Shown: positions 19,479-28,890 of the stretch, piece by piece
Layout of the letters: each line of letters starts with the position of its first letter
Numbering within the stretch: the stretch's first letter is position 1
Assembly (NCBI GenBank): GCA_965222125.1
Contig: CBDCTC010000001.1
Coordinates: forward strand, 16,731-80,730
From: Dehalococcoidia bacterium
Lineage (GTDB): Bacteria > Chloroflexota > Dehalococcoidia > Lucifugimonadales > CAZENU01
DNA: 64,000 nucleotides
Direction of reading: 5' to 3'
Made by a program: the position numbers and the translations under genes
The notes under the pieces: generated by a model
The model's database searches: none
The model's input: the letters and a program-made list of their open reading frames with translations, nothing else
What the model was told of the DNA's origin: nothing

Positions 19479-19668
19479 ACGATGCGTTCCCTCCTCAGAT
19501 CGGCCGATTGTATCAGATGCCGACGCCCGCCCATTCCGATTCCTGTCGAATGGCGGTTCAAGACCGCGTATCCGCGCATTCCCCGGTGGGGGCGCTCGCG
19601 GGATAAATCGTGGTAGAGTGTGTCGTCCGCATGGGCCAGCGGAGCAATCGACCCTGGGAGGCCATTTC

Positions 19669-21417
19669 TTGGCGTCGGCACCAGCTTCTCAGAACCCCCG
19701 ATACGAGGCGCACGAAAGACCACCCCTCCGGGTCACCCTCGGCCTGGGCCTGCAGTTCAGCTTCATCGCCTCCGCGACTCTGCTGATAACGCCGGTCATC
19801 GTGGCCACGGCGTCCGGAGAGGGCGACCCGTACCTGGTGTGGATGGTCTTCGCCTCGCTGCTCGTCGTCGGGGTGGCAACGCTGGTGCAGGTCCGACGGG
19901 TGGGGCCCGTCGGCGCCGGGTCCGTCCTTCCGATGGCCACGGCCCCGTTCGCGATCCCGTTCTGCATCACGGCGGTGACGGACGGCGGGCCGTCGACGCT
20001 GATGGCGCTGACCCTCGTCACGGCGGCAATCCAGCTAGCGATCTCGAAGTGGCTGTTCATCCTGAGGCGGGTCGTCACGCCGACCGTGGGCGGCACGGTG
20101 ATGATGATACTCTCGGTCACGCTGTCCTCCGTCGTCTTCGGACTGCTGGACGACGCGGCGGAGCTCGAGCCCGTCGCCGCGCCCTTGACCGCATTCGTGA
20201 CGCTGGTCGTGGTCGCGGTGCTGCTGCTTCGGGGCTCGGCCGTGGTGCGTCTCTGGGCGCCCGTGATCGGCATAGTCGTCGGCTGCGTCACGGCGGCGGC
20301 GTTGGGCATCTACGAGCCGGACGCACTGTTGCAGGCCCGCTGGGTGGGGCCACCAACTGAACTGCCGGATCTCGGACTCGACTTCGGCGTCGCGTTCTGG
20401 ACGCTCATCCCAGCGTTCCTCTTCCTGGGCGTGATCATCTCCATCCAGGTGAACGGGGAGTCGATCACCAAGCAGCGCGTCTCATGGCGTGACGACAGGG
20501 CCGTCGACTTCAGGGAGGTGCAGGGATCGCTCTCCGGCGGCGGGGTGTCCAATCTGCTCGCCGGCATGACGGGCGCGGTGCCGAACATCATCAACGCGGG
20601 CATCATCTCGTTCACGCAGATCACCGGCGTCGCCTCCCGAACGGTCGGCTACTGCATCGGCGCGACGTTCATCGTGGTCGCTTTCCTGCCCAAGGTGTCG
20701 GGGCTGCTCAGCACCATACCGGGGCCCGTCATGACGGGCTACCTCATCATGGTGACCGGGACCCTGTTCGTCGAAGGCGCGCGGACCGTCATCCAGACCG
20801 AGCAGGACAGGCAGAAGCTCACCGCGGCGGGAGTCGCCTTCTGGCTTGGCGCCGCCTTCCAGTTCGACCTGTTCACGTTGCCGAACGCTGGCCCCGTACT
20901 GGACGCGCTGCTGTCGAGCGGCGTGACGACCGGGGGACTCGCCATCGTGGCGATGGTAGTGTTCCTGGAGCTCACGGGCCAGCGCCGCATGCGCTTTCGC
21001 TCGCAGCTCGACATCGACGCCCTGCCGGATCTGAACGCGTTCATCGCGAAGTTCGCGGCCCGCAGCGGATGGGACGCCGCCATGGTGGACCGGCTGAACG
21101 CGGTCGCGGAGGAGACACTCCTGACTCTGTCGCCGCTGGACTTGGACCTGGAAGCGGAGGAGAACGGCCAGAGCGAGCGGGGACTGGTCGTTCTCGCGTC
21201 CAAAGACGGTCTGGAGGCGGAGCTGGAGTTCATCGGCGGCGGGAACGAAGAGAACCTGGAGGACCGGATCAGGCAGCTCCAGCAACATGACTCGGAGACT
21301 CCGGCGGAGCGTGAGATCTCGCTCCAGCTTCTAGGGCACTACGCCTCTTCCGTACAGCATCAGCAGTACCACGACACCGAGGTCATAACGGTACGCGTCG
21401 TGCCGCCCGAGGCGTGA
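19669..21417 (+). CDS. NCS2 (xanthine/uracil permease)-family transporter with C-terminal degenerate HATPase_c/RsbW-like domain
   Basis: YEAHERPP, LGLGLQF, NCS2 signature region NAGIISFTQITGVASR, FLPKVSGLLSTIPGPV, then a ~140-aa soluble tail. TTG start after GGAGG. Confidence 0.8.
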   Translation: MASAPASQNPRYEAHERPPLRVTLGLGLQFSFIASATLLITPVIVATASGEGDPYLVWMVFASLLVVGVATLVQVRRVGPVGAGSVLPMATAPFAIPFCITAVTDGGPSTLMALTLVTAAIQLAISKWLFILRRVVTPTVGGTVMMILSVTLSSVVFGLLDDAAELEPVAAPLTAFVTLVVVAVLLLRGSAVVRLWAPVIGIVVGCVTAAALGIYEPDALLQARWVGPPTELPDLGLDFGVAFWTLIPAFLFLGVIISIQVNGESITKQRVSWRDDRAVDFREVQGSLSGGGVSNLLAGMTGAVPNIINAGIISFTQITGVASRTVGYCIGATFIVVAFLPKVSGLLSTIPGPVMTGYLIMVTGTLFVEGARTVIQTEQDRQKLTAAGVAFWLGAAFQFDLFTLPNAGPVLDALLSSGVTTGGLAIVAMVVFLELTGQRRMRFRSQLDIDALPDLNAFIAKFAARSGWDAAMVDRLNAVAEETLLTLSPLDLDLEAEENGQSERGLVVLASKDGLEAELEFIGGGNEENLEDRIRQLQQHDSETPAEREISLQLLGHYASSVQHQQYHDTEVITVRVVPPEA

Positions 21418-22416
21418 CGCGCGACGTCGATTGCAGGCAGCCTGGAATGGCGCGGAGACCGCCTGTCGCTCCGCCGCGCGAGCCTCGGCGATGTTCCGGG
21501 CGTCGCGTTCCACCGCGACGGGATGGACGCGGCCGGGCCTACAGGTCGCGACTCTCCCGTCGGCTGGTTCTCCCTGGGCGGGCCGTGGATGCACGACCAC
21601 TTCTGCTCACGGCACGTTCGCGTTTACCTCGATCTGGGGTGGGACTGCTGGGTCGGCGAGCGCGGCGACGGGACGGTCGCGGGCAGCGTCGAGATATGCT
21701 ATGCCGTCGAGCCCCCGCCGTTCGGACGATACGCCCACCTGGATCTCCTGGAGCTAGCCGACGACCTCCTGTGCGGAGAGGTCGAGGAGTGGATACTCGA
21801 CCGCTGCGAGTCCCGCGCCCTCGCCCGCGGCTTCGACAGGTTCTGGTGCCGGCCCGTGGGCTCGGGCGGGAGCCTGGACGTTCTGACCAGATGCGGGTAC
21901 GTGGAGCGCTGGCGGAACGGTTGGGTGACGGTCCTCGACCTGGGCCGCGTCGAGGCGCCCCCGCACGACGAACGTCAACTGCTGGGCGACTAGGACGGGG
22001 AGGCGTCGGACCTGCTGGCGCTCAATCGCCGTGAGTCGGCCTCGTACCGCTGGCGGTACCTGTGGCGGCCGGTCCTGGCGCCCGAGGCGTCGGACTTTCC
22101 GACCGACGTGTCGCTTTCGGGCCGGAGCGTCACGCTGCGCGGCCGCCGACCCGCGAACGTCCTGGTGAACGTCTGGAGGTGGCGCGACCCTCGGTCTGCC
22201 TGGGTCGATCTGTGGGTCGATCCTGACCTCGCCACCGATGCCGGATACGTCTCAGACATGGTCGCCGTCGCGTGTCGGCGGGCGTCGTCGATGGGCGCGA
22301 GCTCCGCGGAGGTGGTCGTCTCGGAGTCGATTCGCGGGGAGATCGAACAGCGATTCGACGCGGTGGCCGTCGATCTCAAGATGGGCGACCCGTGGCTGAT
22401 GAAGGAGCTGGGCTAA
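21414..22416 (+). pseudogene. Possible GNAT-like protein with in-frame amber stop (21991-21993) and likely 5' frameshift
   Basis: ORFs 21523-21993 and 22108-22416 are one frame separated by GAC TAG GAC. The frame opens at 21418 without a start (..LSLRRASLGDV..); GTG 21414 is in another frame. Confidence 0.5.
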
Positions 22417-22562
22417 CGAATAAACCTTGCAATTCTGGCACAGTAGGACAGATTTGCAAGGATGAGAGTAGTCCGACGCTCGAAGGTGCGGCTTCAGAGC
22501 CTGCTTGTCGAGTACCCCGCTGCCGCACTCCTCAGCCCGCGCTGGGTCGGCAGATCGTGTTG

Positions 22563-22637
22563 TGGAGCGGGAGACCGGATTCGAACCGGCGACACCCTGC
22601 TTGGAAGGCAGGAACTCTACCGCTGAGTTACTCCCGC
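22563..22637 (-). tRNA. tRNA-Gly (anticodon TCC), CCA encoded
   Basis: GCGGGAG acceptor stem, D arm ACTC/GAGT, anticodon arm CCTGC-CTTCCAA-GCAGG, T arm GGTTCGAATCC, ends CTCCCGCTCCA. Confidence 0.97.
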
Positions 22638-22645
22638 TCACTTCA

Positions 22646-22676
22646 AGACTAGGTCTCCGGGCCCGTCCAAGTCAAG
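22646..22676 (-). promoter_or_regulatory. Putative sigma70 promoter of tRNA-Gly
   Basis: Minus strand TTGACT-N18-TAGTCT about 8 nt before the tRNA 5' end. Confidence 0.5.
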
Positions 22677-22690
22677 CCCGTCCGGGTAAC

Positions 22691-22881
22691 CGATCAGCCC
22701 TGATGAGAACGACCGGGTCCGGGCACCCCGGGGCCCGTTCCGCGCACTGATAAACGTGATCGGCCTGCGTGGACTCCGGCCTTGACAAGTCGGCGGCATC
22801 TACTGTTGTCTATCGTTTAGAAGGCGTCGTCAGGCATACTTGGACGGATGGCCGCTGCAGGCCATCATGTCTGGGCTGTCG
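22691..22881. ncRNA. ssrS: Candidate 6S-like RNA (~190-nt rod with central bubble); strand unresolved, + slightly favoured
   Basis: Concentric pairings found by hand: CAGCCC/GGGCTG, TGATG/CATCA, GTCC/GGAC, bubble 22723-22750 vs 22820-22839, TAAACG/CGTTTA, GTGGA/TCTAC, apical CCGGC/GTCGG. Confidence 0.5.
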
Positions 22882-22935
22882 ACCGGTTCGACAACGAGAG
22901 GCCGGCCAAGGAGTTCGGCCGATGGAGGAGTGGGA

Positions 22936-23817
22936 GTGTTCAAGAACGCGCTGGTCCCCTTGGACGGGTCCGACGAGTCGGCGAGAATCTTGCCGTACGT
23001 CGCTCAGATCGCCCAACGCCTGGGCGCGAAGCTTCTGCTCCTCAACGTACTGGACCCGAACGAGTCGGGCATCCCGCAGACCGACTTTTCGAAGTATGTG
23101 GTCGACGCGGACGGCCGCGCCCGCCAGTATCTGCGGCATCACATCGCTCGATTGGCGGAGCAGGGCGTGACGGCCAAGGCATGGATCTGCACCGGCGAGC
23201 CGTCGGAGCAGATAGTCGGCGTTGCCGCGCACCAGGGATGCGACCTGATCGCGATGACCACCCACGGGCGTACGGCGCTCGGGCGAGGCATTCTGGGTCC
23301 CACCGCGGACAGGGTAGTGCACTCGTCGCCGCTGCCCGTGTTGACCATCAGCCCCGGTGCCGAGGGGCAGGGCCGGGATCCCGTCTCCCGGGTCCTTGTT
23401 CCCCTGGACGGCTCCGAGCTGGCGGAGCGGGCGCTGCCCCACGCCGAGCTTCTCGCGCGCGGCATGTCCGCGAAGGTGCTGCTGGTCCGTGTCGTGAGCG
23501 CCATGCAGATACAGTGGCTCGATCAGCTTCCCTCGGCCGCGGCCGAGGTCCAGGCGGCGGCGGCCGTAGAGTACTTGGACCGCGTGGCAGGCACATTACG
23601 CCGCGCCGGGATCGAGGTCGACGCGGCAACGCCGGTAGGGCACGTCGCGGGCTCGATCATGGACATCGCCAGCGAGAACCCGGGAACCATGGTGGTGATG
23701 GCTTCGCACGGCCGGTCCGGAGTGCTGCGATGGGCTATCGGCAGCGTCGCGGAGTCGACCGTGCGAGGCAGCGGGGTCCCCGTGCTGATACTGCCCGCCC
23801 AAAGGGAAGGCGCCTGA
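22936..23817 (+). CDS. Universal stress protein with two USP domains
   Basis: LVPLDGS twice, IAMTTHGRTALGRGILG, VMASHGRSGVLRWAIGSVAE. GTG start after GGAGGAG. Confidence 0.92.
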   Translation: MFKNALVPLDGSDESARILPYVAQIAQRLGAKLLLLNVLDPNESGIPQTDFSKYVVDADGRARQYLRHHIARLAEQGVTAKAWICTGEPSEQIVGVAAHQGCDLIAMTTHGRTALGRGILGPTADRVVHSSPLPVLTISPGAEGQGRDPVSRVLVPLDGSELAERALPHAELLARGMSAKVLLVRVVSAMQIQWLDQLPSAAAEVQAAAAVEYLDRVAGTLRRAGIEVDAATPVGHVAGSIMDIASENPGTMVVMASHGRSGVLRWAIGSVAESTVRGSGVPVLILPAQREGA

Positions 23818-23857
23818 TCGGGCGGCCGTTCCGTAGCGGCGGGGCGCGCCAATGCGG

Positions 23858-23887
23858 TTGAATCGGCGGGAACGGGGACGGTATTAT
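23858..23887 (+). promoter_or_regulatory. sigma70-like promoter of the GTPase gene
   Basis: TTGAAT-N18-TATTAT. Confidence 0.55.
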
Positions 23888-23904
23888 CCAGGCAGGTATC
23901 CGTC

Positions 23905-24906
23905 ATGCCCACCAACGTAACTCCCCAGTACCGCGAGGCTGAAGAGCGTTTCCGCGCAGCGGAGACCATCCAGGCCAAGATCGCCGCGCTTCAAGAGATG
24001 CTGTCGATCATGCCCAAGCACAAGGGCACCGACCACCTCAAGGCGCGGCTCCGCTCTCGGCTGTCACAGCTCACGGCCGAGCTGGAAGGGCCCTCCAAGG
24101 GGCCGTCAGGAGGCCGAACGGAGCCGTTCTCGCTGCCCAAGGAGGGCGGCGGCCGGGCGACGCTCGTAGGGCCCACGAACGTCGGGAAGTCGCTGTTGCT
24201 GGCAAAGGCCACCGGGGCGCAGACGCGTGTCGGCGCGTACGCGCTCAGCACGCAGGAGCCGGTGCGCGGGATGCTTCCTCACAAGGACATCCAAATCCAG
24301 CTCGTCGACACGCCTCCGATCTCCAATCCTGGAACGCAGAGCCGCCTGTACGGGTTGCTGCGCAACAGCGAGGTCTTCGTGATCGTTGTCGACCTGACGA
24401 TGGACCCCGTCGCCCAGACGGCTGAGGTGTTCGAGGCACTCGGCGAATGGGGCTTTCGACTGCTGACGCGCGGGCAGACGCTGAACGCGCACGACCAGTC
24501 GCTCGACAAGCCGACTATCGTGGTCGGCAACAAGGCGGATATTCCCGACGCGCTGGACGCGCTGCAAGAGCTCGAGCAGGCGTACGGCGAGGACTACCCG
24601 GTCGTGCTCACCAGCGCAGACGAGGTCGTCGGCCTGGACGATCTGGGCGAGGAGATATTCACAGCGCTCAACGTAATCCGCGTCTACACGAAGCCCCGCC
24701 GCGAGAAGATGGAGGAGTTCGAGCGGACAGACCCGCTCGTGCTTCCCGTGGGATGCACCGTCGCGGAGGCCGCGGAGCAGGTCCACCGTGATCTGGCCCG
24801 CACTCTGAAGTTCGCCGTGCTGTGGGGCAGGTCCGGGAAGTTCGAAGGGCAGCGCGTCGGCAGAGGGCACGAGCTCGCCGACGGCGACGTCATCGAGCTC
24901 CACTAG
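23905..24906 (+). CDS. DRG-like (OBG superfamily) GTPase with C-terminal TGS domain
   Basis: N-terminal PKHKGTDHLKARLR helix, G1 GPTNVGKS, G3 DTPP, G4 NKAD, TGS IRVYTK...FAVLWG...GQRVGRGHELADGDVIELH. Confidence 0.85.
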   Translation: MPTNVTPQYREAEERFRAAETIQAKIAALQEMLSIMPKHKGTDHLKARLRSRLSQLTAELEGPSKGPSGGRTEPFSLPKEGGGRATLVGPTNVGKSLLLAKATGAQTRVGAYALSTQEPVRGMLPHKDIQIQLVDTPPISNPGTQSRLYGLLRNSEVFVIVVDLTMDPVAQTAEVFEALGEWGFRLLTRGQTLNAHDQSLDKPTIVVGNKADIPDALDALQELEQAYGEDYPVVLTSADEVVGLDDLGEEIFTALNVIRVYTKPRREKMEEFERTDPLVLPVGCTVAEAAEQVHRDLARTLKFAVLWGRSGKFEGQRVGRGHELADGDVIELH

Positions 24907-24969
24907 GCCGCCGTTGCGCGCGGCAGTATCGCCGGAGGGCGACCAGGGTCACGATTCGGAGGCAGCCCA

Positions 24970-25857
24970 ATGTTCGACGGATTCACGAGAGCCGAGGTCG
25001 CGACGTCCGGCACGACGATCAACCTGGTCCACGGCGGCGACGGGCCGCCGGTGCTGCTGCTCCACGGCTACCCGCAGACGCACGTGATGTGGCACAAGGT
25101 GGCGCCCCGGCTGGCCGAGCGGTACACGGTCGTCGCGCCTGACCTTCGCGGCTACGGTGACAGCGGCAAGCCGGCCAGCGACGACCTGCAGGACTACTGC
25201 AAGCGGACGACGGCCCGGGACCAGGTGGAGGTGATGGCCGAGCTCGGCTTCGACTCGTACCACGTCGTCGGCCACGACCGCGGCGCGCGCGTGGGCCATC
25301 GGATGGCGCTCGATCATCCGGGCCGGGTTCGCACGTTCACGTCGCTCGACGTGGTGGCCTCGCAGGCGGCCTTCGACAACATGGACCGCGACCTTGCGTT
25401 TTCGTGGTTCCACTGGCACCTGATGAGGCAGCCGTCGCCGTTTCCCGAGACGGTGATCGGCAACAGCGTGAAGTTCTTCCTGGACTTCCTGCTCGAGCAG
25501 TGGACCGCGGTCGACGACGCGATCACGGAGGAGGCCTACGCCGAGTACCTGCGGTGCTACAGCGACCCAGAAACGATCCGCGGCTCGTGTATGGACTACC
25601 GGGCCATAGAGGTTGACCTGGTTCACGACGAAGCGGACCGCGGCCGCAAGATAGAGTGTCCGATGCTGTTGCTGTGGGCCGGGAACATGCCCAGGCGCCC
25701 CGGATGGCAGACCGGCGCGAAGCTCAACATGCTCGACACCTGGCGCGCGCGCGCCGTCGACGTCCGAGGCCGCGAAATCGACTGCGGCCACTTCCTGCCC
25801 GAGGAGGCGCCGGAGGAGACGACGCGCGAGGTCCTCAAATTCCTGTCGGGCGGGTGA
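24970..25857 (+). CDS. Alpha/beta hydrolase, fluoroacetate/haloacetate dehalogenase-like
   Basis: LLHGYPQ, DLRGYG, GHDRGAR (Asp nucleophile plus two Arg), WFHW, DYRA, CGHFLPEEAP. Confidence 0.8.
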   Translation: MFDGFTRAEVATSGTTINLVHGGDGPPVLLLHGYPQTHVMWHKVAPRLAERYTVVAPDLRGYGDSGKPASDDLQDYCKRTTARDQVEVMAELGFDSYHVVGHDRGARVGHRMALDHPGRVRTFTSLDVVASQAAFDNMDRDLAFSWFHWHLMRQPSPFPETVIGNSVKFFLDFLLEQWTAVDDAITEEAYAEYLRCYSDPETIRGSCMDYRAIEVDLVHDEADRGRKIECPMLLLWAGNMPRRPGWQTGAKLNMLDTWRARAVDVRGREIDCGHFLPEEAPEETTREVLKFLSGG

Positions 25858-25872
25858 GCCTTCCAGTCCGGG

Positions 25873-27507
25873 CTACAGCCCTCGGATCGGCTTCACGTGG
25901 CCGAGGTACCTGTCGGGGTCTACCCGCACGTCGATGACGCTCATCCTGTCCGACTCGAGCGCGGTCTTGAACGCGGACTCGAACTGGTCGAGTCCCTGCA
26001 CCTCGTAGCCGACGGCCCCGAAGCTCTCGGCGAGGCGTACGAAGTCGGTCTGCGTCATGTCCACACCCTCTCGCGCGTAACCCTTGGAGCGCTGCTTGAC
26101 GCGGATCATGCCCAGCGTGCCGTCGTCGAAGATTACGATGATCGGCGATAGCCCGAGGCGGGCGGCGGTCTCCAGATCGCCGGCCCGCATCAGGAAGCCG
26201 CCGTCGCCGACCAGAGACACCGCCTTCTGCCGGGGCCTGACCAACGAGGCCGCCATCGCCGCCGGGATGGAGAAGCCCATCGTGTTCGCCCCGCTGGAGT
26301 CGAAGTACGTTCCGGGCCTGTGGACCTGCCACGCGTACAGGTTGACCCTGCCATAGACGCCGGCCTCGCTGGAGACGATGGTGTCTCTCGGCGCCAGCTT
26401 GCGGGCGCGGACGAGGGCCGAGGCCGCGTTGAGGTCGGAGTCGTAGGCCCCGAGGGCTCCCAGGGCGCCGTGCCAGTAGGCCCGCAGCTCCTCCGTGTCC
26501 CAGGCCGTGCGCGGGGAGACGAGCTCCGTCAGCCGGCCCAGAAGGTCGGGCAGCGGGCCCGAGGCGGCCGCCGTCGGACTGCCCACGCGCTCGTCCTCGG
26601 GGACTGGCATCGCGTCGACGGCGACGATCTCGTGCGCGTAGCGCCAGGGCGAGAGCAGCTCCGCACGGTCGAGGCCGACGGCCAGCACCAGGTCGCCGCG
26701 CGACATCAGGTCGCCCTCCAGCGTGTCCTCGCGGTACACGCCGGACATGACGCCGGCGTACAGGGGGTGCTCCTCCGGAATGACGCCGCGTGCCTTTGAC
26801 GTGGCCATCACGGCGACCTGCAGCTTCTCGGCCAGCTCCAACAGCCTGTCCTGGGCGCCTTGGCGCAGGACCACCGGGCCGGCGATGAGGATCGGCTTTG
26901 CGGCGCGGACGACGGCGTCGGCCACGGCCTCCAGGTCCCCTGAGACGGCGCCGGAGCCATCGGACTGCTCGTCGACGGCCGGCGTCGACGAGACCTCCAG
27001 GGGGAAGTCGACGTGTACCGGTCCTGGCCGCTCGGTAGAGGCTATTCGGATAGCGGCGGCTATCTGCGAGCGGGCGTCGTTCGAGCCGACGGTGACGGAC
27101 GCCTTGCAGGTGGAGGCGAACGTCGAGGGGTGGTCGATCTTCTGCATGCCCATCTGCGGGGCCGTATCGGCGCCGTAGCACTCGGTGATGCATAGGAGGG
27201 GGTGCCGCTCGAGGAAGGCGTACGCGGCGCCGGCGGTGAGATTGGCCGCGCCGGGCGCCATGATCGAGATGCTGGCGCCGCACGAGCCGGTTAGCTCGCC
27301 GCACACGACGGCCATCAGCGCCGCGGTGGCCTCGTGCTGCGTCAGCACGAACGGGATGCCCTCGTCCCGGCACGCCTCTATCAGGTCGATGGAGCTGCCG
27401 CCTCCGGGGATGCCGAACAGGTACGGTATCCCGGCGTCCTTAAAGGCCGCGGCGACCTCACGGGCGACTCGCAGCTCCGTGGTCTGCTCAGCGACGGTTC
27501 GGACCAT
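25873..27507 (-). CDS. Thiamine-diphosphate-dependent enzyme (acetolactate-synthase-like superfamily)
   Basis: FGIPGG, TQHEATAA (catalytic Glu), MGFSIPAAMAA, GDGGF...IFDD variant of GDG-X24-NN. Confidence 0.88.
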   Translation of the reverse strand: MVRTVAEQTTELRVAREVAAAFKDAGIPYLFGIPGGGSSIDLIEACRDEGIPFVLTQHEATAALMAVVCGELTGSCGASISIMAPGAANLTAGAAYAFLERHPLLCITECYGADTAPQMGMQKIDHPSTFASTCKASVTVGSNDARSQIAAAIRIASTERPGPVHVDFPLEVSSTPAVDEQSDGSGAVSGDLEAVADAVVRAAKPILIAGPVVLRQGAQDRLLELAEKLQVAVMATSKARGVIPEEHPLYAGVMSGVYREDTLEGDLMSRGDLVLAVGLDRAELLSPWRYAHEIVAVDAMPVPEDERVGSPTAAASGPLPDLLGRLTELVSPRTAWDTEELRAYWHGALGALGAYDSDLNAASALVRARKLAPRDTIVSSEAGVYGRVNLYAWQVHRPGTYFDSSGANTMGFSIPAAMAASLVRPRQKAVSLVGDGGFLMRAGDLETAARLGLSPIIVIFDDGTLGMIRVKQRSKGYAREGVDMTQTDFVRLAESFGAVGYEVQGLDQFESAFKTALESDRMSVIDVRVDPDRYLGHVKPIRGL

Positions 27508-27677
27508 GGCTCTTGCACCTCTCGTTTGGTTCTCGATACCGCTTTACCGCCCTGGCAGAGGAGGTAGGAACATCTGGGGATCAGTAGTATACGTGCATTC
27601 TGCTCAATCCACAGGCCACATATGATAACGTGGCTGTTAGGGGCGTTGGACGTGGCGCAAGCAGGAGGAGGCGTAAG

Positions 27678-27996
27678 ATAGGCGCTCACCCGTGACTTCA
27701 GGGAGACGGTACAGGCCCGCGCTCACCGCGACCCGGCGTTTCGGGAGGGTTTGCTGAAAGAAGGGGTCGAGTGCCTGCTTGCCGGGGACATCGATACAGG
27801 TAAAATTGTACTGCGCGACTACATCAACGCCACGATCGGATTCGACGAGCTGGGCTCCCGCACCAACAAGCTGCCCAAGAGTCTAATGCGTATGTTCGGA
27901 CCGTCGGGCAACCCTCACGCCCGCAACCTGTTCGAAGTCATCAGCCATATGCAGCGGCACGAGGGCGTCCAACTCGAGGTGAGGGCGGTTCGATAA
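27678..27996 (+). pseudogene. Orphan HTH addiction-module antitoxin with damaged start codon
   Basis: After AGGAGGAGG the sequence reads ATAG GCG CTC ACC CGT GAC TTC (ATG with an extra A), giving (M)ALTRDFRETV...SLMRMFGPSGNPHARNLFEVI. No toxin gene upstream. Confidence 0.65.
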
Positions 27997-28020
27997 ACCG
28001 AAACGAGGAGAGGAAATCAT

Positions 28021-28890
28021 ATGACCGACGGAATGACGACGAATGTACTTGGACGCACCGGACTGGACGTGACGAGGCTGGGCTACGGCGCTATGGCGCT
28101 GCGGGAGTCGTCGGGCGACGTCTCCGAGCGCGTGCTCAACGCTGTGCTGGACGCCGGCATCACCTTCATAGACACGTCGAACGACTACGGGCACAGCGAG
28201 GAGATGATCGGCAAGTACGTGGCGGGACGCCGGTCCGAGTACTACCTCGCCACCAAGTGCGGCTGCCCTCCGGCCGGCGGCGATCACGTGTGGACGCGGG
28301 AGAACCTGTTCCGCGGGCTGCACGAGAGCCTGGAACGCCTGAAGACGGACTACGTGGACATAATGCAGCTCCACAACGCGAATGTGGACGACGTCGATCG
28401 CGGCGGCCTGGTCGACGCGCTGGAGGAGATGCGTGAGCAGGGCAAGGTGCGGTGGATAGGCGCGTCGGCCGTGCTGCCCTCGATCTCGACGTTCGTCGAG
28501 CGCGGGGCGTTCGCCGAGTACCAGATACCGTACTCGGCGCTGGACCGCGCTCACGAGGAAGTCATCGGCGACGCCGCGCGGTCAGGCGCGGGGACGGTGA
28601 TTCGCGGCGGTGTGCAGCAGGGCGAGCCCGGTTTCAGCAGCCAGGGACGTCCCGAGCGGTGGACGTCGTTCGAGGCGGCCGGACTGGACGAGCTCAGAGG
28701 GTCGGGCGAGAGCCGCACGGCGTTCATGCTGCGCTACACGCTGGCACATCCCGACCTGCACACGACGATCGTCGGAACGCAGAACGTGGACCACCTGCGG
28801 GAGAACGTGGAGGCCGCCGAACACGGCCCGCTGCCTCCGGACACGTACGCGGAGGCCAAGCGCCGGCTGCAGGCCGCCGAAGGGGGCTAG
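28021..28890 (+). CDS. Aldo/keto reductase
   Basis: LGYGAM, FIDTSNDYGHSEE, YLATKCG, SLERLKTDYVDIMQLH, GKVRWIG. Confidence 0.92.
   Translation: MTDGMTTNVLGRTGLDVTRLGYGAMALRESSGDVSERVLNAVLDAGITFIDTSNDYGHSEEMIGKYVAGRRSEYYLATKCGCPPAGGDHVWTRENLFRGLHESLERLKTDYVDIMQLHNANVDDVDRGGLVDALEEMREQGKVRWIGASAVLPSISTFVERGAFAEYQIPYSALDRAHEEVIGDAARSGAGTVIRGGVQQGEPGFSSQGRPERWTSFEAAGLDELRGSGESRTAFMLRYTLAHPDLHTTIVGTQNVDHLRENVEAAEHGPLPPDTYAEAKRRLQAAEGG

Noticed and set aside
21991-21993. Pyrrolysine readthrough of the in-frame TAG
   Set aside because: No pyl genes in the window, not a methylamine methyltransferase, and a second lesion at the 5' end.
22425-22461. 13-bp inverted repeat downstream of tRNA-Gly as an island attachment mark
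   Set aside because: No duplicate of the tRNA-Gly 3' end found in the window; probably a bidirectional terminator-like hairpin.
22700-22760. CTGATGAG as a hammerhead core or box C/D motif
   Set aside because: No GAAA after stem II and no proper K-turn stem; better explained as the closing stem of the 6S-like fold.
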